DNA of 63,906 nucleotides, counting the filler, from Vannella sp. (Eukaryota), in the NCBI GenBank assembly GCA_023345925.1. It is 5 parts of 5 records of this genome, joined end to end, with 100 filler letters (N's around TTAATTAATTAA, not from the genome) between each part and the next. Parts side by side here need not be neighbours in the genome. Positions count along the whole stretch, not along the records: positions 22,721 to 35,652 come from JAJQQN010000948.1; positions 35,753 to 53,069 come from JAJQQN010001096.1; 3 more parts are not named here. One strand, given 5' to 3'. The notes under the pieces were generated by a model. The model was given only the letters and a program-made list of their open reading frames with translations. It had not been told where the DNA came from and searched no databases. The first letter of the stretch is position 1; each line of letters opens with the position of its first letter. A program made the translations under genes and the position numbers. Shown here piece by piece: positions 24,281 through 36,981 of the stretch.

Positions 24281-24681
24281 TCAATAGTGAACACGACGGG
24301 GTGGTCTATGCCCTCCAACTTGTCCCTTCGAAAGGAGATGAGGAGGAACAAAGGCTTCAGGGAGCTCATCAATAACTGTTCGCCTTTTCGGAATGGGAAT
24401 AGGACTGGTGGGGCGCCATTCAGCTGAGCCTAGCGTAACAGGTGGATACATAGCGCAGCGGGTAACAAAATGAGAAACGACCACACAGACAACCACGCCA
24501 GCTCACTTCCCGATGCGATCGATTCCCCGATCGGGCAATACTGGGCGCTACTGCGAGGCGAAAACGATGGCTTCTTATCGCTTGTCAGTTTTTCTTCGCT
24601 GCACCAAGGTAGATCTTGCCGGGAGACTGTCAAAACACCCGTTGCACACTGTTGTATGGAAGACACGAACTCCGGTGGCAT
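24281..24681 (-). CDS. Putative two-exon small protein with SPIPIP...FVPPH motif (S40-like)
   Basis: A GTGAGC...CTAG intron joins ORFs 24430-24714 and 24281-24496 in frame. The motif resembles the senescence-regulator S40 C-terminus. Confidence 0.35.
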
Positions 24682-25326
24682 TGCCACCAGGCCACTGCTT
24701 CTCCAACCTCCCAACGAACAAACGAGCTTCGTCTGAAGCTCTTGATGGCCTTTGTTTGGCTGTTTGTCGCTTGTGCGAGGAAGTTATCAAGAACCCTCTT
24801 CGAGACTACTCTCTGAACCAAGAGACTCACCTTTGGACCTTTAGAATGCCTCGTGGAGCCAGGAGGAAGGAAACAAGCGTTACTCAGCAAATCGCCTTGA
24901 CTTGGTACAAAGTTCACCATACCAACGTCTTGCAACCACCCTGGCGGGCTGTCCGTGGTGATGGTAGGCTGTTCGTGTTCGCCTGGCGCAAAACTGTAAC
25001 AAAGTCTGCTTCCCTGCCTGTTCTTGGTCATCAAGTGGTACCAAATGCTATCTTATGTCAAGAAAGAGAACCGATCCCGGCCTGGTTTGAGTCTGAGACC
25101 AAAGCAGCCTCAAGTGGGAACATGTGTTCAACATCCAAGTCTCCCTTTTCTCGATGAACAGGTAACTGATACACATCAACATCTCCAATACGATGATGAT
25201 ACAAAGAAAGAGAAATGAAACGCTTTAATCGTTGTTCTGGAGCAGTCTTTACTTCTCTTATCGGAGCGCGCTTGGTGTCGTGCTGTTGGGAAGGAATGGA
25301 GGTTGGTTGGTACCTTCAGTGCCTTG

Positions 25327-25758
25327 TCATGTCCTACGCCAAATCAAATTGATGAATCTTTGTAAGAGGGCTGGTGAGCGGCAAGGAGTCCTTTGGAGGA
25401 GAGGGAGCAAGTGATGATGGCCCTCTTCAGTAGCCCAGGCGATTGGTGAGGCTCCTTCTGAGTCAACAAAGTCTGATCGAGCACCGTGATGAAGGAGTAG
25501 AGAGACGACTTGTTCTCGGTCTGCCTTAACAGCCCAGTGGAGAGCAGTTTCGCCGAAGAGGTTCATCGTGTCGACTTGAACCCCTTCTTGCTGCAACAAG
25601 AACATGACAAAGCGAGGATCTCTCCTAAGAGCAGCAAAGTGAAGAGCAGTGCTTCCCGCATCCGTCACATCGTGGATGTACGCCACCAGAAGAGCCAACT
25701 CGCTCTCGCAGAAGGGGCTTCTAACCAAGGCTCGGACAAGGGGGTTCCAAGTACTCAT
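25327..25758 (-). CDS. Small intronless ankyrin-repeat protein (paralog B)
   Basis: Shares LHFAALRRDPRF and ALHWAVKA.REQ with 23415-23804. Confidence 0.85.
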   Translation of the reverse strand: MSTWNPLVRALVRSPFCESELALLVAYIHDVTDAGSTALHFAALRRDPRFVMFLLQQEGVQVDTMNLFGETALHWAVKADREQVVSLLLHHGARSDFVDSEGASPIAWATEEGHHHLLPLLQRTPCRSPALLQRFINLIWRRT

Positions 25759-27123
25759 CACGTTCAATCACGTAGTGAGGAAAGGTAATGAGCTTTAGGT
25801 TTGGATACCTTTGAGCCAATCGCACACAGGTCCGGAGCTTTTTTTTTCACCTTCTGAGAAAACTCAACTCCGCCAAGGACCAAATTGGCTCTTTCTTCCT
25901 TCTCAAGCACTGCTTTCTTTTGTCACTATCGAATGCTGCAACAATTTGGGACTGATGACCAAAGGCGGTGCTTTAATCTTCTTTGTGATGAGCCTCATCA
26001 GCGCCCACATAGCAGCCACATAGCCCTGTCGCACTGAGATGTAATAAATGAATGCTGTCTATGAGTATACAACTTCTAATGGCTGAAATAATCTCCCTTC
26101 CAAACGGGAACCCATCATTCTTATTGAGAACTTATTCAGGGACAAACCGCTGTGCCTCTTTCGCATCCACCTTCATCACTCTTTGAAGGATGATTCATAT
26201 GATAGGCCCCGGACTGAACCACTGCAAGGGCTCTAAACAAGAGTCGATTTAGCGTTGCAAGACGTTTTGCTCTTTGGGAGCAAAGCAGCTCAACTTCACC
26301 TCTGTTGGTCTCCTCCAGGACAAGTCGTTACTTCCCAGAGGCGATTGGAGTTCTCGCACTAATTTTGTATTTTTTGATGATACAATAGCTATCCTTTCCA
26401 TCATCCAAATGAGTCTCCCTCTCAACCTGCAAAGGAGGACAAAAATGCTACTACACCCAGTATATACCCTTCAGCATGTGAGGAGAAATAGTTTTAGTTG
26501 TATAAATATGAATCTACACTGTGTACACTTGGGTCGACAGCAGCACCAACGTCCGAAATGGCGGCAAAGGCAGCGACCGTTAAGCGGGAGGTTCGCCTTG
26601 ATTGGAGGTCGCACTTTTCCTGCTCCATTGTTCTGAGAGCTTTTCTTGCAACCACAGATCCGTTTGGAACGGCTCCGGCTTGGAGAAGAGGCACCTCCTT
26701 ATCCTCGAGTAGTTGGGCTTCCTTATCTCTCTTGAAGGTCTTGCAGAAGAGTACGATGTATGTTCACCAGTTTGATGCGCCTTGGGAGCCATGTCCAGCG
26801 AGTTGAAGGAAAATGAGCGATTATCTCTTCTGCGGCCCGCCAATCGGGTCCTGAAGTTTCTTGTGTCTGAACTCCAGTCCCCCTCCCGATAAGGCAATCC
26901 TTTTGTTACCGATAAAACTAAGATTCTCTGCAAGTACACCTTGGATCAATCATTGTGAATCGCATCGCAACGAATTGTGGACATTTCCCCTCGAGGTCAG
27001 TGTTAGTCGCGACCATTGCGCGTTTCAGAAAGCCCTCTTAGCAAGGACAAAGGGCCGACCGCTGGATGCGGATTGATGTATTTACGTATTTACGTTCTTC
27101 GTATGTATAGAAGCCTAGTGAGG

Positions 27124-29714
27124 CTACTCATCATGATAGGTGCGGCTTGCAGCACCAGAGTTCTTCTCGAGTCGGGCAATGATGTGCTTCCCGTAAGTGT
27201 ACTTCTTCAAAGAAGGGATGTGGGGCTTGATCTTAAACATGAGCAGCTTTCGCTGCTCTTCGTCCACTACGTCAATGATTTTTTGGATCACATAGTTGGC
27301 GTATTGGTCTTTCATCATAGTGAGCAGGTTCGCTCTTTCCCCGGCATCAGTATTAAGAACGAGAATGATAGAAGGAGGACTTACACCAACTTGTCGGGAT
27401 TCTTCGACCCGAGAATCTCATCAATGATGAGGCTCCGCTCGGCCTTGCTGCCATATTCAACACACTTCTCTACCACGTTGCTGGCAAACTTGTGCTGGCT
27501 CATGGAAATGATTTTCCCTTGCAGCTTGTTGATGACTGTGGACTTGTCCTGGGGTCTTCCACGTTCCAGGACATGTTGGATGACATAGTTGCCGTATTGG
27601 TCTTGGACGAGGCTGCAAGTGCAATGGAGGAGCTCGTCGAGGATGGGGTCAGTCTGCTGCGCGTCACAATGCTCAAGAATGCGTTGGATGACTCTGCAGC
27701 CGTACGGATGGATGGCAAGGGAGTGCACTTGGCCCTCAAAAGAGTTCACAATGAACTGGATAAGTGGAGCTTGGACCTTTTCTATACACTTCTGGATTAC
27801 ATGGTTGCCGTTCTGGTCCTTGACGCACTTGAGGACGTGCCCTTCGATCTCTCGTACCAACTTCTCTACCTGAAGGTAGTCGATAGCGTGGATGGCTTGC
27901 AGCATCTTCTGGATGACACGGCAGCCATACATTTGCAAGGACAAGGAAAGAATGTGGCCCTCCAGCAAGTGGCTGAGAGTACGGATCTGCTCTCGAGTGC
28001 CAAACTCGAAGAACTTTTGGATCACGTAGTTGCCAAACACATCCACCATCAAGGTGAGTGCTTCGGGGAGGATCTCCTCGAACACACGTTGCTTCTCCAC
28101 CTCTGTTGCCACCTCAAGCTTCTTCTGGATGAAACGAGATCCATGTTGGTCACTGCTGAACTCCACAACGTGCCCGTAGATGTCAGGCAAGTCGAACTTG
28201 CGGTTGACCTTGTTGTTACGGAAGTCCTCTAATACAGAGCTGCGCAAGCCTTCGGCATCGTCCACTGGGATACCGTAGTTACTCTTACGTGGCTGTTGAG
28301 CGTAGTAGCCGGGTTGTTGAGGATAGTCTTCGCGCATGAGAGCGGGTGAAACAGAACGCGTGCCCATCGGATTGCGTTCCATCAATACTGGTACGGGAGA
28401 AACCACAGGAGGTTGGTATCGTCCCTGTCCTGGATGCTGAGGGGAGGGCCCACGATACCCTTGAAGGTCTTCCATTTGCCGTCCCCCGTAGTAAGCTTCA
28501 CGAGGACCAGGGGCATAACGAGCTTGAGGCTGTTGCATTGGTTGCTCGTAACGTCCAAAGGGGCCCTCTTGTACATAACCTCCTTGAGGAGAGGGGGAAT
28601 AGGAGCGATCATAAGCCATCTGGCGTTCGTCGTATTCACGAGGAGCTGGAGACATACGACCTCGAGTGAAAGATTCTTCAGAGTAGTACCCCAACGGGAC
28701 AGACCCAGGGCGCTCTTGGACCGGGTAACCAAACTCGTGTTGTCCATACATGCCAGGATGCATTGTGTACTCTTGCGCAGAGGGATCGTTCATCGCACGG
28801 GGTCCAGGAGAACGACGAGTGTGATCAGGATAAGGGTCACGAGGTCCAAGTCCTTGAACATCAGGGAAGCGTCCTTGGGGATACCCAGGAGGACCTCTCA
28901 TTCCATTATCACGTTGAGTGTTGTTGCGTTCGTAGTCTTGAGAGCCTCCCAAGTTCATCCCAGCCAAGCGGTCTGCCAAGTTGTCCGAAGTGCGTTCGGG
29001 GTAGTACATGGGAGACAAGCGCTCTGCCTCCTCATAGCCAGTGGGATATCCAGGAGGTGCCCGTTTGGTGGGTACGTATGGGGTAAACTGGGAGTTATCA
29101 TGAGAGCCATACGGATCGCGGGGGTCAGACCAACCGCCTTGAGAAGAAACGGGTCGAGCGAAGTCCTCTTGAGGATAGCGGCCTTCTCCAAAGCCAGAAG
29201 GGTATTGTCTTGATACATCTGTAGAATGGGGGCGATGGGGTGGTTGCCAGTCGCCCATGGGAGCGGCGTGGAACTTTTGCGGCTTCGGTGCGTGCAACAC
29301 CATGGAGGGTAGATCTCTGGGATCTGAAGGTCCTTCCATACCTTGGTGGGTTCTTTGAGCATCGACCATTGGCCCACTGGGGCCGCTGCGAGTGAGGAAA
29401 GAAGAAGGTCCGTTCATCATGAAGTTGTCGCGTGCAAGTCCTTGGGAAGCTTGTGGAGCTCGTAGAAAGTGATCCTCCCCTGATCCAGAGCGATTAACAA
29501 AGCGTTGGGGAGGGGCATGTCCATGGGACATCGGGCCAGCAAAGGTATCCCACTCAGGCGGAGCTGACGTGCTCCGCTCCAGGTCCCCTGAGGCCATCCT
29601 CCCTCCCGCGGGGTTTCCTTCAAAAGAGAAGGGTTGAGGGAGCCTTTGAGGTGCCCCTCCACGTATGTCTGAGGTGTCCTCCTCCAAGAAGCCGATCATC
29701 CTGGTGCCGTCCAT
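27124..29714 (-). CDS. Pumilio/PUF RNA-binding protein (PUM1/2-like), one 3' intron
   Basis: Eight PUF repeats: [71 protein letters not shown]; ends KYTYGKHI. Confidence 0.95.
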
Positions 29715-30646
29715 GCGGCTCCGAGAGCGACCTGGGAAAACAGAACCCCAAACTCAATAAACCAAAAAAAGCGAATTGTTTATTAAATGATAAGAAATGA
29801 ATCCGCCATGCAAAAGGAGGGTCGGCCATCTCTCTGAATGATAAGAGGCGTGTCTGAAGGGAAGACGAACGTTTGTTTGTGCGAAGATGACGCTGCAGCA
29901 ATGTTACCTTCCGATTAATGCCAAGGAGAACGCCTCCAGCTCGGAAGCGGTGGAGAGGAAACAAGAAGGAGGTTGCTTTAAGCGGAAGGACGTGATGAAT
30001 GCAGGCTGTGGGGGAAGTACAGAGGCATGGGAAGATGAAACACTTTTATCGGCTGTACATGAGAGAGTGGAAGGTCAGCGCTGATCCTTTTGGAAAAGTC
30101 GGCTCAATCGAGACCTTTGTTGAGTCTTCGGGGAGGAAAGGGGAGACTCGCCACAGGTGTTTGATGGTTCTGGTGAATCACTGCAGGACCCTTTGTAGCT
30201 GTGTTTCTCGAAAGAAGCTCCATTTCTACGTCGGGCAATGATCTCTGGAGAAGGTGGGGCACTTCGCCTTGTCATGGAAAGTATCGGTGCAGAGGCTGAG
30301 CGAAGGCCTTGGGTGGACGTGGCTCCTTCAGAGTTTAGGTCAAGCATAAAATGGCAAAATTCTAAATCGCGACCGACTCTGTTCTACTGCTAGAGGAACG
30401 GACCTCTGATTGGCCAATGCCATCAAACGTTCAGAGAAGATGAGATTTTGTTGGCTCAACTGTTGCGCAATCTTGCCTCTTTGTCTTTTTATGGACTGAC
30501 CGATCGACCAACCTCTCCTTTTTGGGACAAGGCATTTGATCAAGAATTTGGCAACCGTTCGTTTCTATCATAGGACAGGAGATTTGGATTTGAACCGATT
30601 CAGGAGGTAAATTCGTGTTCATGTTGGGCATTTTCCTGGTGTTCGG

Positions 30647-33600
30647 ATGGTAGGGAAGGAGGAGTCGGCTCTCTTCTCTGCTGTGTTTCCAGCAAACGAG
30701 ATCTTTGAGGGATTCTTCTTCTCTCATGGTATCCTCGATCAAACACCCATCCTCAAGCTGAGAAAAGCAGCCAACATTGATGAACTGGAGCTCCCTGTCC
30801 GACCAGAGACTCTCCGAGCATTGGTTCGGAGCCGTTACATCCAACGCTCCCAACCTCCTGCTCCCATGGAGGGTACAAAGCATCCCATCAAAACAGGTTT
30901 ACCTGAGGAAGTCTCCAAACGCAGCTGGGAGCTGCAGCCCAACCAGATACTGCAGAAGAACAAGCGCTGGGCTCACGAGATCAACAAGATCAAGCCGCAC
31001 ATCAAAGAGGACCTTGGCCTTCACCGTGACAAGATACGTTTCACACTTCACAAGGTCCTAGTCTACGAACCAGGCTCCTATCTGGAGGCCCAAAGAGATA
31101 GCGAGGCCGAACCTGCAGCAGATGTAATTGGTACCCTCTTTGTGCAGGTTCGAGCCTTCTGAAAGTCTTCAAACAGCGTACTAACATCTATCCTAGATGC
31201 CTTCGAAGTATAAGGGCGGGGACTTCATTCTACGGCACGCAGACACCGAAATCCGTCATGACTTTGGCGGGGACGCCATTCGCTCGTGTAACACGCTGTA
31301 CGTCTCAACGTACGGCAATGTGACCCACTCGGTGGAACCTATCACAGAGGGATACCGTACAGTGATAATCTACACCATCCAAGCGGCAGGCGCTGAGGAC
31401 GACCCTTTGGCCGCCCACGCTCCTCCCATCACTCCAGAGGTCAAGGCGATCTTCAAGTACTTGGACCAGTGGGTCTGGGACTTGCACTCTGGACCTGTAC
31501 TCTCTATCATGGCCAACCACGCCTACAGCGAGAACGGACTAAGGAGTATGTACAAGTTGAAGGCGAATGACAAGTCTGGCTTGATGCGTGTGCGGTCTGC
31601 GTGCGAGCTACTGAACTACAAGTACCCGTTTACCAACACACTACTCTCCTTACAGCTTCTGGAGGTCCACAAGTTCACTGATAAGGCAAACAGAGAGGCT
31701 GGAATCGATGAAGTGGAGTATACCTCGTATCTGAGCATCCTGGGGATGCCAGAAGAGCTCACATCACCTCTGATACAAGAGCACACCGACAAGTTCGCTG
31801 ATTACCGCGTCATTCCCGAGGTGGACCTAACAGCAGGCAAAATCGTTCGTCGGGAGGATCGTATGTCCTTTATCGCCCTCTCTTGGACCCATGCTAACCT
31901 TGTTCCACCCCAGATGGCGCGATAGAGAGTGAAGGCAATCCCATAGAGTACTGGTACCGCCCTACGGTGATGCACGTCGTAGCACGACACAAAGTTCAGC
32001 CCGTCGAGGGCATTCGACTGTTCAAGGACCTGATGGAGTATACAGGTCCCCGAGATGCCAAAACCAACCCGATATGGCGTGTGTTAGAGTATCACACTAT
32101 CGATGGCCTCCGCAAATGCTCTGCGGACTTGCAGTTGTTCTTCCTGTGTTTGGTCGCTCTTGTTCGCGATGTGGAGGGGAGCAAGCTCACCCGTATGTCC
32201 AAGCTTACCTACAAGATACCTTTGTATGTCACTACGTTCACTTCAGGAGTGATCCAACGGATGGCAAGCATCTTGGGGTGGAGTGACTTGGTCAAATGGC
32301 ATCGCTCTTTGTCAAAGCTCTCTCTGGACTGGTCTTCTGCCATCGCTTTGACGTGGAGCACGTTTGTTCATGACGTGGTCAAGTCTTCGGGGCTTCCCAA
32401 GCCCAATGGGTTGGGGAGTGAGGACGAAATACTGGTTTTGGCAGCTAAAACTGAATTTTTGGATAGCGCTGTCGCTTCCTTTCACTCAAAACGTAAGGCT
32501 GGTAAGGCAACTGAGTGTCTCAATCCTCTTATTGAGCCTCTGCCGACTCTCCTTGCCGCTCTCCTGTTAAAGGAGGACCCACCGGATTCCAGGCGGACTT
32601 GGGCGCTTCTAGAGCACTCAAAAGTAGCCTACGAGCAGGTCTCACTTCCATTTCCTGTGCTCACAAAGATCGCTGAGGTCTTGCCAAGCTTCCCACTCGA
32701 AGAAGTGATCAATTTACAGCCTGTTCATCGTTTGCAGGGGGAGATTCGATACGCAGTGGGTCTTGAAAGGAGCCTACCGCGCCAAAAAGTGCTCAAAGTT
32801 ATGGCTGGAAGCTATCTGTCTCGTGCTCTTCTCAGTTATGAGCACCGAGCCTACCAAAATAGTGCAAATCGCGTGAGTTCACACGAAGACATTCTCGAAG
32901 GAGCCGCCCGATTCCTGGCGAATCCTGTTGAGATTGCCTATGTCCTAGAAAAGACGAATGCGTTGCCTCTCTCCTACTCTGTAAGACTGTCTTTAGCTTC
33001 TCCCTTTCAGACGAGCGACTGACCACTTTAAAGTTGTACGAAACGTTGCGAGAATTCCTTCCTCGTCGCACAGTGGATCAGAAGTTCCATGTGGCGGTAG
33101 CAAAGGATCTGTCGAAAGACTTGCGACAACTTTTCCTTTGCTTCTTGGACGTTAATGCGATTGATTCGACTGTCAAGCTGAGCGACATTCAGAAGGAGTT
33201 CCTCAAAGTGGTCCTTTTGGCAGTGGTCAATGACCCCACATCCACTTTTGATCGCATGGAAGTCCTCAAATGCACAGCTCTCTGTCAAGATCCTGATTTA
33301 TCAGGAACTGTGATTAGCCGCCTTCTGAAGGTACTAATGGCAGCCCCGCTTTATGGCTATGCAAAGATGGATCCGGCTTCTTTCTTCCAGGAGTCGGTAG
33401 AGTGGATCCAGTCTTGTCCAGCTTCATTTGGAAAGGAAATTCAGCAGCTTGGAGAAAAGGTGATAGAACACTACAATGAGAAGATCAAGAAGGCGACTGC
33501 CAGCTTTGGTTATGATGTAGATACGATCTCTTATCAAAGTGGATTCTGTTCTTGCCGTTATTGTGAGGCGCTTCTTCGCTTCCTGCGAAACGCCAAGTTG

Positions 33601-33876
33601 AAGGAGCAAATTTTCCGCGTTTCTCCGAAGAGTGTCGAACACATGAAGACCGCGCTAACCCAGGATGCTGTTATCGCTCCTGTGATCTTCGTTGATCACA
33701 CAAAGGAGTTAAATGGGAGTGCTGATCTTCTCAAGGTGGAGAAGAAGTCTGCACTTCATGCCAAAGCAGCTAGAGCAGTTCTGCAGCAGATTAGCTCGAT
33801 TGAAGAGACATTGAGTGTCTTCACAGAATCTCAGAACCAGGAGCCTCCCAGCAAGCGGCAGAAAGTCTCTCATTAA
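30647..33876 (+). CDS. Large protein with an N-terminal 2OG-Fe(II) oxygenase-like domain, 3 introns
   Basis: HKVLVYEPG...IGTLFVQMPS.Y.GG...HSVEPITEGYR; internal EGN...WYR; C-terminal CSCRYCEALLRFL. Introns join the four ORFs in frame. Confidence 0.7.
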
Positions 33877-34010
33877 GTAGTGTTCTGCCGGAATACACTT
33901 TTACCCTCTCTCAAGATGCTTTCTGTTTGCTGTTCTTATTGATTGTTGCGTTGATGGACTCTTTATTGAGCGTCATAGCTGACTGGGTTCAAGATTAAGT
34001 ACATTTTGGG

Positions 34011-35652
34011 TTAAGCAAGGAAGAACCCGTGAGTAGCGCAAAGTTTTTGGAGCTTTGCGTTCTCCTCTTCAAGAAGGCGTATTCTTTGAGCAAGTTCAGA
34101 GGAGGTAGGGTCACTAGGACTGGAAGGGAAGGGGTTCGGAGGGGGTTCGGACCTATTGCGAGCCACCAATGCGTTTTCAGCTGCGTTTCGAAGGCGCCGT
34201 TCTTCTTTGTATTTGCTTTTGTACTTTTCTACAGAAGCCTTCAACACAGTCAATTCTTCTTCCGATCGACTGAGTGACTTTCGCCTCAGAGAACTCATTA
34301 CGGGACTCTTTGATGGGGCAGCTGTCGGTTGCTCTATCAATTCGTTCCGGTTTGCTGTCGAGCTACGTTTCTTAAGAAGACTGCTCGATCTCTTTCGGTC
34401 TCCTTTCATTGATGTGCTCGATGTGCTCCGATTAAAGGGAGATCTCAAGCTTGACCTTCTGGAACTGGGACTCTGACGGGCTCCTTCAGGCGGTGGAGGA
34501 GCCTCACGAAGTGCCCCAGCCAGGGACTTACTCCAAGCCTTCTTCCGGAACTTATTATTGAAGGCAATCAGATAGGGAAAGGGCATTCCTGGTTCATGCA
34601 ATTCCACAAAGAAAGGAAATCCTTCTGGAGCAGGCGGTGGAGGCAATGCTGACTTGTTGGAAGGTTCCAGGTCCTTTGCGGGTGCATCAGGATCGGAAAG
34701 GGTGCACCCGTTCAGATAAATGACCTTATTCACATTGAATTCGCCCGTCTTCATCTCTCGGGAGATCAGCAGGATGTCGTGAAAGAGGTAACCAAAGGCA
34801 TCCGCTCCGTCAAAGAGAATCTCGTTCTCCAAGAGGAACACGCGAAGGTGGTTTCCCAAAAGGTCGAAACGGCACGACGGTGCAAAGTCGATGGATTTGC
34901 TGACAGTTATGAGCTTGTTGAGGTTTTCTGTCTTTCTTACTCGCTCATTGACTTGTGTAACGATCTCTCCAATGCTCTCCATGGCGGAGGAGAGCTTGGT
35001 GAAGGTTGCTGAACCTTCCTCGGTGCATTTGATCATTTCCCTGAAGAGAAGAGGGTACTTGCAGAGTCTTTGGAGTGGTGTGATCAAGAAAGACTCAATG
35101 TCTAGCTTTCTACATTGAGGATTGCGCCCTGCAACCTTCAGAAAGGTCTCAAAAGTCTCGTGCTCTGATTTAAACTGGACTACTCGAGCGTGGATGTTTG
35201 GCTGGTTGCTGCAATACACTGCGTAAAGTTTAAACAAAGGACTGAACTCGGAAAAGATCTCTCCAACGGCATCCAAGCGCTGTAGAGCCCGTTGCTCCTC
35301 TGTTTGTGGTGTGGTATCGCGAGCCAGAGCCTCCAGCTTCTCCATGAGAGAGACATTGACTTGCGTATACAAAGAATCCACGTTGGAGAAGAGATTGGAG
35401 AGTTGCACCTTGTTAAGAACGTCCTGTTCGCGTAACGGCCGCAAGAAAACATCAACAATCACTCGTAAGTTGACTAAGAACTGCTGCTCTGTGTTGATTA
35501 GTTCATCGAAGACTTCTTGACTCTTCTTGAGTGTCTTTGGATCCATGATCACGCCTGCTTCACTCAATAACGGGGGAATTGGATCCACAGCAACGGAAAG
35601 GGGCGAGATGGAGTTGATCCGCGGCAAAGCCGGAGACGAGACGACCGAAAGA
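34011..35652 (-). CDS. DH-PH RhoGEF, possibly 5'-truncated at the contig edge
   Basis: ELINTEQQF, LFSNV, YAVYCSN, SFLITPLQRLCKYPLL, followed by a PH domain (GYLFHDILL). Confidence 0.9.
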
Positions 35653-35752
35653 NNNNNNNNNNNNNNNNNNNNNNNNNNNNNNNNNNNNNNNNNNNNTTAA
35701 TTAATTAANNNNNNNNNNNNNNNNNNNNNNNNNNNNNNNNNNNNNNNNNNNN
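35653..35752. other. Artificial contig linker
   Basis: N44-TTAATTAATTAA-N44. Confidence 0.97.
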
Positions 35753-36981
35753 AGAGGCACTTTTCAACCGTGGCTAGCGGACGTGGTTGAGTGGGGCGGT
35801 GAATTCTCTCACAAGCGAATCCCCCGACGTGGGATTCGCTGGCGAGCAATGCTCCAATCTTGCTCTGGATATTGTTTTCGTAGCAAAGAGTAGTAGGAGG
35901 GGCACTGATGACCCATTTGGGTGAGGTGCTCTCGAAGCAAGTCACGAGCTTGCAATGCTATCTTCAAAGTCAAACACAGCAACGTCGAGGTCAAGGGAGG
36001 TCGCCTTTTCATTCAGAGGAGGGAGAAATCAGTCGTACGGCTCCAAAGAAGATTCTCCATCCCGCATAAATCTCAACTTGAGCAGTGTGGCTTCGTAGAG
36101 AATGGCTGGCCTTCGCTAATTGTCAAAAAGGATTTGGTCAGATGATGAGAAACGAAAGACCACATTTCACGCTTAACAGAGGGAAACTTGCCTTGGTTGT
36201 GAAACTCAGCTCTTTAGCACTTTAACTGTTGCAAGAGAGCCAAAGCAAAGCGCACAAAGTAGCCTTCACTTCCTCTCTGTCGACCGCCTTTGCATTTGCG
36301 GCTTTGTTCAACAATCATCGGATAAATAGACAACTCATCAGATGAAATGGGATCTCATATATCGCGGGTGGAAGGAGTTCTGTCCGCAAACATGATGCGA
36401 GCCCATTGAAGAGCGCTGATGTTGAAGGAGGACAGCCCATTCCATCCTCTACAGTAGAAGGAAGATGCTGTCAAACGTGGTCGATGCTAGCTTTTTTCTC
36501 AGGTATTCTAGATCGACTCTGACAAAGTGGGATTGATTCATCCGCTCCCTCATAAGTGGGGTTATTGCAACTGCGAACGGGGGGTTTTCGTCTACAAGAA
36601 GATAAGCCGAACAGGATTGGGTCGTCAACTCGCCCAATCCTGTTTTTCTGCTGATGCAATACTGAATCGGAATCACTGACTCACCCTTTACCTTCCTTGA
36701 TGCCTCCTCCTTCCGTGATAGCTCCCTCTTTGATACCACGCCTTCTTATCTTTCTTGAGTTGCTTTTTCTCGAATATGACCAGCTCTCGCTCCTTCTTCG
36801 CTGATCTCTTATCAACGTCAAAATCATCAGTGGCAGAGGTTTTGATGCGTTAACTTGTTCAAGCTGTCAGTGAAGAGGTTGTTCCAAACGAGCAAGATTC
36901 TGTTGCCAGGTGACCAGCTGGAACACAAAATCTATTGAGCCAAGAGAACTTCAAGTTTCAGCCTTCGAGGCTATTGTCAGA

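Noticed and set aside
27492..29213. Long antisense ORFs (246 and 266 aa) opposite the PUF gene, and similar ones opposite FKBP15 and PI3K
   Set aside because: Shadow ORFs from codon bias of the real gene; no motifs.
35782..35795. tRNA gene (A-box-like TGGTTGAGTGG)
   Set aside because: No B-box (GTTCRA) or cloverleaf follows.
35900..36900. Possible multi-exon gene on the minus strand
   Set aside because: Plausible exons, but no recognisable motif or consistent exon chain.
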